DNA of 64,000 nucleotides from Nanobdellota archaeon (GTDB lineage Archaea; Nanobdellota; Nanobdellia; Pacearchaeales; JAHJTO01): assembly GCA_042572295.1 (NCBI GenBank), contig JBHPFA010000001.1, forward strand, positions 9,583 to 73,582, in the 5' to 3' direction. Under the pieces are notes generated by a model, which saw only the letters and a program-made list of their open reading frames with translations, ran no database searches and had not been told where the DNA came from. Positions 9,491-18,756 of the stretch are shown here, piece after piece. Position numbers and translations under genes: made by a program. Numbering within the stretch: the stretch's first letter is position 1; the number at the start of each line of letters is the position of its first letter.

Positions 9491-10060
9491 ATGCAAGAAG
9501 AGCAAAAGTCAAAGGTGAAACAAGTCATATTATCCATTGCTATTGCTTTAGTTTTAGTGTTTTTTATAGGATATGGTATTAGTGTTATCTATGAAGAACC
9601 TGATTATGAGGACTATTGTGGGGATTATTTTGATAAGCCCTCTTATAATGATCAAGTAAGTTGTGAAGAAGTTGGTGGAAAGTGGACTGCACCTACTACT
9701 GTTCCACAGCCAGTAAGGGAAGAGTCTTTTGAGGGAGGACCTGTTATTATGCCGACTGAAACTCAAGGAAGATGTGATTCTGATTTTACTTGTAGAAAAG
9801 AACATAGATCTGCTAGTGATGTTTATAATAGGAATGTGTTTGCTACGAGTTTGATTTTAGGAATGATTATAATAGTTTTAGGAATTGTTTTACAGTTAGA
9901 AAGTGTTAGTGTAGGAATAATGGGCGGTGGAGTTATGCTTATTATATATGGAACGATGAGGTACTGGGGAGAATTAGGAAAGTACTTCAGATTGTTAATT
10001 CTTGGATTAGTTTTAGTTGCTTTGATCTGGATTGGTTATAAGAAGTTCGGAAGTGATTAA
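9491..10060 (+). CDS. membrane protein with Cys-rich extracytoplasmic segment
   Basis: One N-terminal TM helix and two or three C-terminal TM helices. A Cys-containing middle segment. Confidence 0.5.
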   Translation: MQEEQKSKVKQVILSIAIALVLVFFIGYGISVIYEEPDYEDYCGDYFDKPSYNDQVSCEEVGGKWTAPTTVPQPVREESFEGGPVIMPTETQGRCDSDFTCRKEHRSASDVYNRNVFATSLILGMIIIVLGIVLQLESVSVGIMGGGVMLIIYGTMRYWGELGKYFRLLILGLVLVALIWIGYKKFGSD

Positions 10061-10061
10061 A

Positions 10062-11132
10062 ATGCCTTATAGGGTAATAAAGTGGGGACATTACCTTACG
10101 AGACCTAAAGAGTTCTTAATTACAAATATTCTTGTTAAACGTTTTAAAGGAAAAGACCTTAAGAGACTTACTGGTCTAGGTTATGACAGATGGCTTTTTC
10201 TTAATAATGGGGAAGATTCAGTAGGGCTTTATTATGATGTTAAAGAGTTTGAGAGGAATAATCAGGCTGCGATGGCTTTAGTCAATGATTGGACTAAGCT
10301 AAAAAAATTATTTTCTCAAGGAAAAGAAGTAGTTAAAGAAATTGAAGAGATGATTGAGAAGTTTAAGCAAGAGAGGCCTCAAATTAGTGACTTGAAGGGA
10401 GAATATGTTAAGGTGGTGGATAAACTTATTGATTATTTCATTTATGTTGTAGAGATTCCTTATTATTGTGGAGGAATCTTGGAGAAGAATAATCTTGTGG
10501 ATGATGGAAGATATTCTTGGATTATGAAGGAATGTGAAGATTTTAGATCTAAATCACATTATCCTGATTATTACAAGTATGTATTATCTTATTTTAAAGA
10601 AACGCTTGCAAATAAGTTGAATGTTAAGATTGAAGAGTTGGATTTGGCAACTTATGATGAACTTTTGTTGCTTATGGGTGGAAGGGATTTAATATCTCTT
10701 AATTTAAAGAATAGGGAGAAAGGTTTTATTTGTTTTTCAGAATTTGGAGATGAAAAATTCATTGAAGATGAAAAATTCCTTAAATCATTTTATCCTGATC
10801 AAAAAACTGTTAGTGAGTTAGAAGGCACTGTTGCTCAGAAAGGTGTTGCTAGGGGAAGAGTTTGTGTAGTTATATCTGAAAAAGATTTTCATAAGTTTAA
10901 GGAAGGAGAAGTTATAGTGACTATTCATTCTAATCCTTCATTTATGCCTATTCTAAATAAGTGTTCTGCAATAGTTGCAGATGAAGGTGGAATGTTGTGT
11001 CATGCTGCTATAGTTTCAAGGGAATTGGGGAAGCCTTGTATTACTGGAACAAGAATTGCCACAAAAGTTTTGAAAGATGGAGATTTGGTAGAAGTCGATG
11101 CGGATAAAGGTGTCGTTAGGAAATTACTTTAA
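10062..11132 (+). CDS. PEP-utilising enzyme mobile-domain protein
   Basis: C-terminal 75 aa (EGEVIVTIHSNPSFMPILNKCSAIVADEGGMLCHAAIVSRELGKPCITG) is a PEP-utilisers phospho-His swivelling domain. N-terminal 250 aa are unknown. The first ATG at 10062 lies 1 nt after the upstream stop; the track start at 10032 is TTG. Confidence 0.6.
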   Translation: MPYRVIKWGHYLTRPKEFLITNILVKRFKGKDLKRLTGLGYDRWLFLNNGEDSVGLYYDVKEFERNNQAAMALVNDWTKLKKLFSQGKEVVKEIEEMIEKFKQERPQISDLKGEYVKVVDKLIDYFIYVVEIPYYCGGILEKNNLVDDGRYSWIMKECEDFRSKSHYPDYYKYVLSYFKETLANKLNVKIEELDLATYDELLLLMGGRDLISLNLKNREKGFICFSEFGDEKFIEDEKFLKSFYPDQKTVSELEGTVAQKGVARGRVCVVISEKDFHKFKEGEVIVTIHSNPSFMPILNKCSAIVADEGGMLCHAAIVSRELGKPCITGTRIATKVLKDGDLVEVDADKGVVRKLL

Positions 11133-12767
11133 TCCTGTAACTTCATAGATATTGATTGGTTTTACTTTTCCCTTTACTTTTATTGGAGGTAGGGCTTTTG
11201 CTTTGATTTTATTTTTTACTAATTTGTATGTGTGTTCGCTTATGAGTGTTTGGTCTTTTTTTGCTGCTGAGCAAAGCCTTGCTGCTAGGTTTACGCTGTC
11301 TCCTATGACTGTATAATCTAGACGCTTTTTTCCACCTATGTTTCCCACGATTGCAGGACCTGTGTTTATTCCTATTCCATACTTTAGACCTTTTCCTATC
11401 TTGTTTATGGTTTCTTGCATTTCTAATGCTGTTTTTACTGCTGCTAATGCATGATTTTTCTGATCTAAAGGAACATTGTAGGTGGCCATTATTTCATCTC
11501 CAACATATTTGTCTAATGTTCCACCATTGTCAAAAACGAGGTCAGTCATTTTTTCTAGATAACTGTTAAGTAATGAGACAACTTTTGCAGGAGTATGTTT
11601 TTCGGACATTGCTGTGAAGCCTCTTATATCTGCGAATAATGTTGTGACTGTTTTCTTTGATCCTTTTAGTTGTAAAGCACCTGCACCTTCTTCCATGATT
11701 TGCTTTGCAACACTTGGAGAAACGTATTTTCCAAAGACTTCACTTATCCACTTTCTTTCTTTTGCTTCTGTTGTATAGAATATTCCTAAAATCGAGAAGA
11801 AGCTTAGGATTACTGAAAATGTTGGATAAAAGAGATTGAAGATTATTCCTTTATCAAAAGAAAAGATTGCAAGGATTAAGTAAGCTAGTATAAGGAGGAT
11901 TGACCAAAAAGTTGCAAATCTTATTCTTGCCCAGTATAATATTAATGCTGTGATAAAAGATAGCATTAACATTGTTAAGATTATTGAAGAGTTCTTTTGA
12001 TATTCTAAGAATTTGTTTGAAAGTATGCTTTGTATTGCATTTGCATGTATTTCCACTCCTGGAAGAATCCCTAGTGGAGTTTCTTTTTCATCATGTAAGT
12101 CTTTTGCTGTTGCCCCTATCAAAACTATTTTATCTTTTATTAATTCTGTATCAAAGTCTTCTTCTAAAACATCTTTAAATGAAATTCTATTGTAAGGTTC
12201 GTGGAAATAAATGAAGTTTTTCTCTTTTAGTTCAACTTCTGAGTTTAGGTAATATTCTGATACTGCAAGTGAGAGGCTTTTTACTTCTTTTAGATCTCCT
12301 GGAGTGCTTCTTGCAACCCCATTATCTACATAGATGTTTGCAGCAGCTTTTTCTGTTTCAAATATAGGAAATAACCATTCTTCACATTCTTCTTCTGAAA
12401 ATTCTGTACATTCTGCAACAAGAATAACATTTTCTAACCCTTCTAATGTTTTTGATAGTTCTTCATCACCAGGCCCTTCTTCAAAGAAAGAAACATCTAT
12501 TCCTATTATCTCTGCTCCCTTTAAATTCTCTAAAGCCTTTGCAAATACTTCTCTTGACCAAGGCCATCTTCCTATTTCATTAATACTTTCATCATCAATA
12601 CCTATGATTACTATCTCATCAAGTGATTTTTGTTCATTGTATAATAAATCACTCATTCTTGTGCTTTGGGGCGAGAGAAATCCTGAAGTTAATAGCATAG
12701 AAAGCACTAATGTTACTAAGACTGCTGAAGATATGCTTGTAAATAACTTATTCTTCAAAAGTTTCAT
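11124..12767 (-). CDS. CHASE2 sensor domain / class III adenylate (guanylate) cyclase
   Basis: N-terminal CHASE2 hallmark (IIGIDDESINEIGRWPWSR). TM block, then cyclase catalytic domain (FADIRGFTAMSE...KYVGDEIMATYN...IGINTGPAIVGNIGG). Confidence 0.8.
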   Translation of the reverse strand: MKLLKNKLFTSISSAVLVTLVLSMLLTSGFLSPQSTRMSDLLYNEQKSLDEIVIIGIDDESINEIGRWPWSREVFAKALENLKGAEIIGIDVSFFEEGPGDEELSKTLEGLENVILVAECTEFSEEECEEWLFPIFETEKAAANIYVDNGVARSTPGDLKEVKSLSLAVSEYYLNSEVELKEKNFIYFHEPYNRISFKDVLEEDFDTELIKDKIVLIGATAKDLHDEKETPLGILPGVEIHANAIQSILSNKFLEYQKNSSIILTMLMLSFITALILYWARIRFATFWSILLILAYLILAIFSFDKGIIFNLFYPTFSVILSFFSILGIFYTTEAKERKWISEVFGKYVSPSVAKQIMEEGAGALQLKGSKKTVTTLFADIRGFTAMSEKHTPAKVVSLLNSYLEKMTDLVFDNGGTLDKYVGDEIMATYNVPLDQKNHALAAVKTALEMQETINKIGKGLKYGIGINTGPAIVGNIGGKKRLDYTVIGDSVNLAARLCSAAKKDQTLISEHTYKLVKNKIKAKALPPIKVKGKVKPINIYEVTGLK

Positions 12768-12778
12768 TTTAATAAGAA

Positions 12779-13612
12779 TTAATATCGTTTTAATTCAGGA
12801 GGGATGATGCTAACTAATTCTTCTGGGATAGTTCCTTTCTCTATTTCTTCTTGTATGCTATATTTTCCATCTACCCAGTCATCTATTAGGTCTGCTCCTT
12901 CTTCATCTGATAGGCCTTGCTGTTCTATTATTTTATCAAATAATGTTCCATATTTCTCAGTATATTTCTTCTTGATTTCTTCTATATGTTCTTCGTCTTC
13001 TTCTAGGTTGTCTTTAACCCATTCATCTGTTACTAATTTTTCTTCTTTGTCTTCCAGGTCAGTATCATCTTTCTTGATTGTTATTTCTTTATCTTCTTCT
13101 AAATCATCTTTTTCTTTGTAGGAATCTACTTCAACTGTTCCATCTGCTACTTTGATTTTAGTCTGCTCTGCTTCTGAATCTACAGAGAATGCTGTTCCTC
13201 GCACTGTTGCTACAGCATTTGGAGTTGTGACTTCATAATCTGATATTCCGCTTATTTTTAGAATTCTTGACCAAGTCTTTCCTATTGATTGTGTTAATGA
13301 TACTGATTTTTGAGTTAATTCATCTAGTTTTATTTCTGTCTCTGCATCTAAACGCATTACAGAGTCTGAGAATATGATTTTGGCTTTTGAATCTTCAAGT
13401 GTTTTGACAGAATAACCTTGTTCTAATTCCATTCCACTCTTTGCATCTTTCCAGGAATCTTCAGCCTTATATTGTGTAGTTCCTTCTTCAAGAGATAATA
13501 CTGCTAAAGGACCCATTGCATAGAATGTTGAATAAAACCAGAATCCTCCTATTATAAGAAAAACTGCTAGAACACCTAAAACTCCAAGAGTGATCTTAAG
13601 CCCTTTACCCAT
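12779..13612 (-). CDS. FecR-domain membrane-anchored protein
   Basis: N-terminal TM helix. Contains VTTPNAVATVRGTAFSV (FecR hallmark) and an acidic C-terminus. Immediately upstream of the CHASE2 cyclase on the same strand. Confidence 0.6.
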   Translation of the reverse strand: MGKGLKITLGVLGVLAVFLIIGGFWFYSTFYAMGPLAVLSLEEGTTQYKAEDSWKDAKSGMELEQGYSVKTLEDSKAKIIFSDSVMRLDAETEIKLDELTQKSVSLTQSIGKTWSRILKISGISDYEVTTPNAVATVRGTAFSVDSEAEQTKIKVADGTVEVDSYKEKDDLEEDKEITIKKDDTDLEDKEEKLVTDEWVKDNLEEDEEHIEEIKKKYTEKYGTLFDKIIEQQGLSDEEGADLIDDWVDGKYSIQEEIEKGTIPEELVSIIPPELKRY

Positions 13613-13643
13613 CTCTTTTTATGTGCGTTGAAGTATTAAAACC

Positions 13644-15233
13644 TTACTTTTTCTTCTTAGTTTCTTTCTTAGGCTTTCTTTTAGCTTCAAATTCGACTTT
13701 TCCTCTTTGAGCGTATTCAGTTAAGTTTCCAATAAGCTGTAGAACATCTTTTCTTAGTCTTTCAAACTCCAATTTCTTGATTTTAACATCTTTCTTTTGA
13801 CATCTATCTTTTTCTTTGATTAATTCATCTAATATCTTTTGAGATGTTGGAGGGAGTTTTCCTGTTTCTATAAGGTCTTTACTGAATTTCTTTAATATTT
13901 GTTTTTCATTTCCTTTTCCTAAGATTGCGGAAAGAAGTTGCATTACTTCTATGCTTAGTCTCATTATTGTCTGTTTAGACATTCTTTCTCCAACTTCTTT
14001 TACTAATTTCTTTATTCTATCTAAGTATTCTCCTGATCCTTTGACTAATTCATCTATTTCTTTTCCAGATACCTCTTTCACAGTTTCATGCTCATATCCT
14101 TTGTATAGGGTTACGACTCTGTCTAAGAAGTCTATATACTTTTTTTCCAGAAGCTTTTCTTTTTCATAAAAAACCTCTCTCATAATCTTAACAGTCTCTC
14201 TTGGATTTGGAGGTGCTAGACCATATAACATTAAAGCTCCTTGTGAAGGATAAATAATAGACCAATAAATTTCTCCAGTTGCAATGTCTAATAGCTTTTT
14301 CTTTACAACTTTAGTTACACCTTCTCCTTGACTTACCATTCTTTCAATCGCTTCTGGTGTTCCTGTAATCTTACCCATCTTTAACAATAGTTTCCAAGGC
14401 ATGAAAGTTCTATTATCATATAATGGTACTCCATCTCTTACGAAAGTGAAGTAAACAGGGTTAGCTTCTCTTATTCCTTCCCAGAAATCTGTCAAAAGCC
14501 AGACTTGAGGTGAAAGTTTGTTTTGTACACCTGCAATCTCTCCAGCATCATAGACATAATCTAATATAATACTTCTTAGCTTATCTCTTAATTCCATTCT
14601 TGACATTCTTTTTACATCTGTATCATCAATAATTATTGTAACATCAACATCTGATGTTTTTACTGCTTGACCTCTTACGATACTTCCTGCAAGAACATAA
14701 CTTACTATGTAAGATTCGAATTTCTTTAAACATAAGATCTTGTGGACATTTGCTACTCTTAATGCTCCTAGAACTCCTTTATCATGCAGAACTGGTCTAG
14801 ATGCTGCAATTGCATCAATCATCTCGAATTTTCCATCTTGACATAATTCCCAAACATCACTTGTTAATGATAAGTGCACCCAGATTCTTGGTTTAATCTC
14901 TTGAGAAGTCTTAATCATCCAAGTTTTTACTTTTGGATATTCTTTTGCTTTGTCATCAGGCATTGTTACGTAAACGTGAAAGAATAACTTGTCTTTTTCG
15001 TTCTTCATCCCTTCTTCTTCAAATAGCTTTGAAGCTTCTGGAGGGATTAATGAAATAGAAGTTATGAATGGAAATTTCTTTAGAGCATCTTTCTTGAATT
15101 TCTCAAGCTTGTCTTTTAATTGCTCAAGCTCTTTCATTATTTTTTGTCTTTCTTTCTCCATTTCCTTCTTGTTTACTTCAGGATTTGGAGCGTTTTTCAA
15201 AAGCTCTTCAGCTTTTTTCTTTTCATCTTCCAT
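13644..15233 (-). CDS. nucleotidyltransferase (Pol-beta superfamily) domain protein with coiled-coil termini
   Basis: LAGSIVRGQAVKTSDVDVTIIID matches the minimal NTase motif hG[GS]x9-13Dh[DE]h. Lys/Glu-rich coiled coils at both ends. 529 aa. Confidence 0.55.
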   Translation of the reverse strand: MEDEKKKAEELLKNAPNPEVNKKEMEKERQKIMKELEQLKDKLEKFKKDALKKFPFITSISLIPPEASKLFEEEGMKNEKDKLFFHVYVTMPDDKAKEYPKVKTWMIKTSQEIKPRIWVHLSLTSDVWELCQDGKFEMIDAIAASRPVLHDKGVLGALRVANVHKILCLKKFESYIVSYVLAGSIVRGQAVKTSDVDVTIIIDDTDVKRMSRMELRDKLRSIILDYVYDAGEIAGVQNKLSPQVWLLTDFWEGIREANPVYFTFVRDGVPLYDNRTFMPWKLLLKMGKITGTPEAIERMVSQGEGVTKVVKKKLLDIATGEIYWSIIYPSQGALMLYGLAPPNPRETVKIMREVFYEKEKLLEKKYIDFLDRVVTLYKGYEHETVKEVSGKEIDELVKGSGEYLDRIKKLVKEVGERMSKQTIMRLSIEVMQLLSAILGKGNEKQILKKFSKDLIETGKLPPTSQKILDELIKEKDRCQKKDVKIKKLEFERLRKDVLQLIGNLTEYAQRGKVEFEAKRKPKKETKKKK

Positions 15234-15397
15234 GTTTTATAGTCGTGAAATCTGTATATAAAGTTATCGTACCTCAGTAGTAAAGTGGGGATTTGTGGAA
15301 GAAATTGATATTTTTCGAGAGTGTTTTTGAGATGTTTGCCTTTTTTGTTTGGGCTTTTGAGGAAAAAGGTTTAAATAATATTGATGAAGAGATACCT

Positions 15398-15445
15398 TAG
15401 AGGTGTTAGCACTTCAGGAGCTTATTTCTGATTAGATGTAAAATG
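15398..15445 (+). promoter_or_regulatory. conserved 5'-leader element, copy 1 (TAGAGGTGTTAGCACTTCAGG...TTCTGATTAGATGTAAAATG)
   Basis: About 45-nt block shared by five sites, beginning about 25 nt after a TATA box and ending in the start codon. Confidence 0.55.
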
Positions 15446-15895
15446 GAAGATTTCAGATATGCAAATATAAGGGCCAAGTTTGAGGAAGCCTATCAAGGGT
15501 TGATGAAGTTATTGGGAAAAACCCCTAAAGAAAAGGAGCAAATCTCTGAACCTACTGGGGAATGTAGTGAAACTGTAGATAATCTTTATGGGAAAGCAAA
15601 AATTATCCAAATTGAGCGGAAGTCCGCTTTAAGGAAGGAAAGATTGGAATTGGAAGAGGTTCTGAAGGATTCATACCCTCATGATAAAAAATTCTTAATG
15701 CTTATGATTGAAGGCTATAGATTAAGGGAGAGTGCATATAATGCAAAATATGGGAAAAATCCTGTCTCTTCTGGAGAATATGTGAAATATGCGGATGCTA
15801 TTAGGGCCCATAAAAGAAAGATGAATGAATTTCAGAGAGAAAGAGTAGATTATTATAAGGATGAGTTGAAAAAGGAAAGATTCTCCCCAGAGTAA
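15443..15895 (+). CDS. hypothetical protein (150 aa)
   Basis: Preceded by the conserved leader element at 15398-15445 and an AAAGGTTTAAAT BRE/TATA at 15365-15376. Confidence 0.5.
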   Translation: MEDFRYANIRAKFEEAYQGLMKLLGKTPKEKEQISEPTGECSETVDNLYGKAKIIQIERKSALRKERLELEEVLKDSYPHDKKFLMLMIEGYRLRESAYNAKYGKNPVSSGEYVKYADAIRAHKRKMNEFQRERVDYYKDELKKERFSPE

Positions 15896-15948
15896 TTTCT
15901 TGTTTGTTTAGTAAAGTTTAAAAGACTAATTATAGTACTTTTATCAAC

Positions 15949-16020
15949 GGCCCTATAGTCCATCGGCTAAGACGACTCGCTTACACCGAGTAGAGACAGG
16001 TTCAACTCCTGTTAGGGCCA
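15949..16020 (+). tRNA. tRNA-Val (anticodon UAC)
   Basis: GGCCCTA/TAGGGCC acceptor stem. Anticodon stem ACTCG/CGAGT with loop CTTACAC (U33, TAC, A37). T-arm ACAGG-TTCAACT-CCTGT. Discriminator A, no encoded CCA, T-run after. D-stem only 3 bp. Confidence 0.75.
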
Positions 16021-16112
16021 TTATTTCTTTTTAATCTTTCGAGTAGTAAGATAGGCTTAAATATATTAGAAATATGATATATTTGCTTAATTTGAGTAAG
16101 GTTAAGTTTTGA

Positions 16113-16270
16113 TTTGGTTTCGGCCAGGTTAAAGCCTGATTAGATTTGGATTAAGTGTTTTTGGTTTCGGCCAAAATCCTCCTGACTTCGGTTAGGCAGT
16201 TAATAAGATTCAAGACTTCGGTTTTGGTTTTATGACTGAGAGGTATCAGAAGTGGAAGCTTCGGCTTCTA
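16113..16270 (+). ncRNA. candidate structured RNA: five consecutive UUCG-tetraloop hairpins
   Basis: Hairpins at 16116-16125 (ggtTTCGgcc) and 16162-16173 (tggtTTCGgcca). Further hairpins at 16181-16196 (cctgacTTCGgttagg), 16211-16226 (caagacTTCGgttttg) and 16254-16269 (ggaagcTTCGgcttct). Local GC is above the genome background. Strand and ends are uncertain. Confidence 0.2.
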
Positions 16271-16344
16271 CTTTAAAACCTCACCTTTTCTAGTCAATTT
16301 AATCGGTTTTCGATAGGCTTATATATTAGAATTGTAATGAATTC

Positions 16345-16390
16345 TAGAGGTGTTAGCGCCTCAGACGAAATTCTGAGTAAAGATAAAATG
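16345..16390 (+). promoter_or_regulatory. conserved 5'-leader element, copy 2
   Basis: TAGAGGTGTTAGCGCCTCAGACGAAATTCTGAGTAAAGATAAAATG. Confidence 0.55.
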
Positions 16391-17059
16391 GCTGAAAATA
16401 ATGAAAGCGATGAAAGCGATATTAATATAGAAGATACATATGGGGGAAGAAGTAGACCTAAAAAGGCTTCTCAAGAGGCTTTAAGGAGTGTTATAGATTA
16501 TAGGAGAAAAAGGATAGAACAAGAAAAATTAGAGCAGAGAAACAGGAGTCTGGTTGGAGGTATTATAGAAGGTACCAGGGCTTGTTCAAAAATAAAGGAA
16601 AAAAAACATATTATGGCTAGAGAAATAATTCTTGGCTGTAAGAGAAAGGATGTTGAATTCTTGTGTTATGAATTTAATATTAAGGGAAATTTAGATAGAA
16701 AAAGGTCTGTGAAAATTCTGAAAAAGATAGGTAAATCTTTGTATAAAGAGGATGCAGAAAAACATCAGGTTTATTCAACTAGGAAAGAAGGTCCTGAAGA
16801 ATTTCAGGGTTATATGGAGTCTTATTTAATCTGGCCTGCTTTTCAGTATAGTAAAGTCGATAGTGTAAAGATTACCACAAATAAAAAAAGAAAGAATTCT
16901 AAGTTATCTATTATCCTTGCAAGACCTGATTATCAACTTATAGATGAAGAGGGGGATTATGATCTTGGTTTTTTTGATCAGCAGGCAGGATCTATTCTTG
17001 AAAAAGTTAATGATTATATTAAAAAGTCTAATTCTGGTAAGAAGAAAATAAAAAAATAG
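16388..17059 (+). CDS. hypothetical basic protein (223 aa from ATG 16388; track start 16337)
   Basis: Conserved leader element at 16345-16390 ends in the ATG at 16388 (MAENNES...). A TATA (CTTATATATTA) lies at 16318-16328. The 16337 ATG would be inside the leader. Confidence 0.5.
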   Translation: MAENNESDESDINIEDTYGGRSRPKKASQEALRSVIDYRRKRIEQEKLEQRNRSLVGGIIEGTRACSKIKEKKHIMAREIILGCKRKDVEFLCYEFNIKGNLDRKRSVKILKKIGKSLYKEDAEKHQVYSTRKEGPEEFQGYMESYLIWPAFQYSKVDSVKITTNKKRKNSKLSIILARPDYQLIDEEGDYDLGFFDQQAGSILEKVNDYIKKSNSGKKKIKK

Positions 17060-17076
17060 TTAGAGAATGTTCTTGA

Positions 17077-17496
17077 TTATTCGTGTTTTAGCCCTTGCTT
17101 CAATGTATTCAAAAGAAGTGTTGCACATTTCAATCTTGTAGCACCTAATGCTTTGATTCCTAATATTTCTAAGACATCATCTTTTGTCATAGTTTGTATC
17201 TTCTCTATAGATTTTCCTTTTATTGCTTCTGAGACCATTGATGCACTTGCAATTGAGATTGAACAACCAAAAGCATCGAATTTGATATCTTTTAATATTT
17301 TATTTTCAAAAAATGCATAGACTTCCATCTCGTCCCCACAAACAGGGTTCACTTCACGTGCTCTTAATGTGTAAATTGTCAACTTTCCTGTGTTTTTTGG
17401 GTTTCTATAGTGTTCTATGATATTCTTCTTGTAGATTTCAGATTCTTTTGTTTCTGTGTGGTCGACTGTTGGGTCAACACAATCCATCACTGCCAT
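17077..17496 (-). CDS. IscU/NifU-like Fe-S cluster scaffold
   Basis: YRNPKNTG..CGD..E....FGC.....A...SE.I.GK pattern of the NifU N-terminal domain. Confidence 0.8.
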   Translation of the reverse strand: MAVMDCVDPTVDHTETKESEIYKKNIIEHYRNPKNTGKLTIYTLRAREVNPVCGDEMEVYAFFENKILKDIKFDAFGCSISIASASMVSEAIKGKSIEKIQTMTKDDVLEILGIKALGATRLKCATLLLNTLKQGLKHE

Positions 17497-18755
17497 TATT
17501 GGCCTCCGGTTGGCTGTGCAAAGATCTCTTGGACTTTTTTCACAGCTTCAACTAATCTGTCTATGTCTGATTTTGTGTTATAGAAATGTAAAGATGCTCT
17601 ACAAAGTGCTTTTACTCCAAGAACTTCAACTACTAGGGGAGCAGCACACATCTGTCCTCCACGGATTGCTATTCCATTTGAGTCTAAAATTGAAAGAACA
17701 TCATGAGGGTGCACTCCTGCAATGTTAAAAGGAACTATTCCAGATTCTGGTTGTTTTGGACCATATAATTCTACTCCGGGGATTTCTTTTAGTTTATCAA
17801 AAGCGTATTGTGTTGTTTCTTTTATCTGAGATTCTATTTTTGAGATTGTGATTTTGTTTATGTAATCGATTGCAGCTCCTAATCCTATAGCTTGCGCAAT
17901 CTTTGGAGTTCCTGCTTCGAATTTCCAAGGAACTTCATTCCATTTTGCTCTGTAGAAAGTAACATCTCTTATCATTTCTCCACCATACATGAATGGAGAC
18001 ATTTCTTCCAAGACTTCTTTCTTTCCATATAATACTCCAATACCTGTTGGGCCTAACATCTTATGTCCTGAGAATGTGTAGAAGTCACAATCTAATTCTG
18101 TCATTGAGATTGGTATGTGTGGTGCTGCTTGAGCCCCATCAACAATCATGAAAGCTCCTTTTTCATGTGCAAATTGTGCAAGTGTCTTTATGTCATTTAT
18201 TGTTCCTAAAACATTTGAGACATGGACTACTGAAACTATTTTTGTCTTTTCTGTTATTTGTTCCCTTGCATGTTCCATATCTAATTTTCCTGAATTATCA
18301 ACTCTTATGAATTTTAGTTTCAATCCTCTTTCTTCAGAGAGTTGCTGCCATGGAACTAGATTGCTATGGTGTTCCATTTGTGAGATGACTATTTCATCTC
18401 CCCTTCTTAGGTGTTTTGTTAAGGAATATGCTAAAAGATTAAGTGATTCTGTAGTCCCACTTGTAAAGATTATCTCTTTGAAGTCTGCATCTATGTATTC
18501 TGCTATCTTTTTTCTTGCAAGTTCATATTGCTGAGTCGCTTTTTCACTTAATTTGTGAACTCCTCTGTGGACGTTAGCGTTGTATTCTTTGTAGTATTTA
18601 ATAATTGCATCAAGAACTTGGTTTGGAGTTAGAGAGGTTGCACCATTGTCTAGGTAGACTAATGGCTTTCCATTTATTGTTTGATTTAGGATAGGAAAGT
18701 CTTGTCTGTGAGATTCGATTCCAGACTCTGTTTTTAACCAACTAAATAATCCCAT
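17496..18755 (-). CDS. sufS: cysteine desulfurase, class V aminotransferase (SufS/CsdA-like)
   Basis: SGHKMLGPTGIGVLYG PLP-Lys motif and RGGQMCAAP (RxGxxCA active-site Cys). Start taken at MGLFSW (18753-18755), 1 nt after the upstream stop; the track gives 18791. Confidence 0.8.
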   Translation of the reverse strand: MGLFSWLKTESGIESHRQDFPILNQTINGKPLVYLDNGATSLTPNQVLDAIIKYYKEYNANVHRGVHKLSEKATQQYELARKKIAEYIDADFKEIIFTSGTTESLNLLAYSLTKHLRRGDEIVISQMEHHSNLVPWQQLSEERGLKLKFIRVDNSGKLDMEHAREQITEKTKIVSVVHVSNVLGTINDIKTLAQFAHEKGAFMIVDGAQAAPHIPISMTELDCDFYTFSGHKMLGPTGIGVLYGKKEVLEEMSPFMYGGEMIRDVTFYRAKWNEVPWKFEAGTPKIAQAIGLGAAIDYINKITISKIESQIKETTQYAFDKLKEIPGVELYGPKQPESGIVPFNIAGVHPHDVLSILDSNGIAIRGGQMCAAPLVVEVLGVKALCRASLHFYNTKSDIDRLVEAVKKVQEIFAQPTGGQ

Positions 18756-18756
18756 T

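Noticed and set aside
12334-13121. Plus-strand ORFs (157 and 105 aa) overlapping the cyclase and FecR genes
   Set aside because: Ser-rich low-complexity antisense translations of AT-rich coding sequence.
16113-16270. CRISPR array or C/D-box sRNA interpretation of the hairpin cluster
   Set aside because: Hairpins are not identical repeats with regular spacers, and no C-box (RUGAUGA) or D-box (CUGA) pair is evident.
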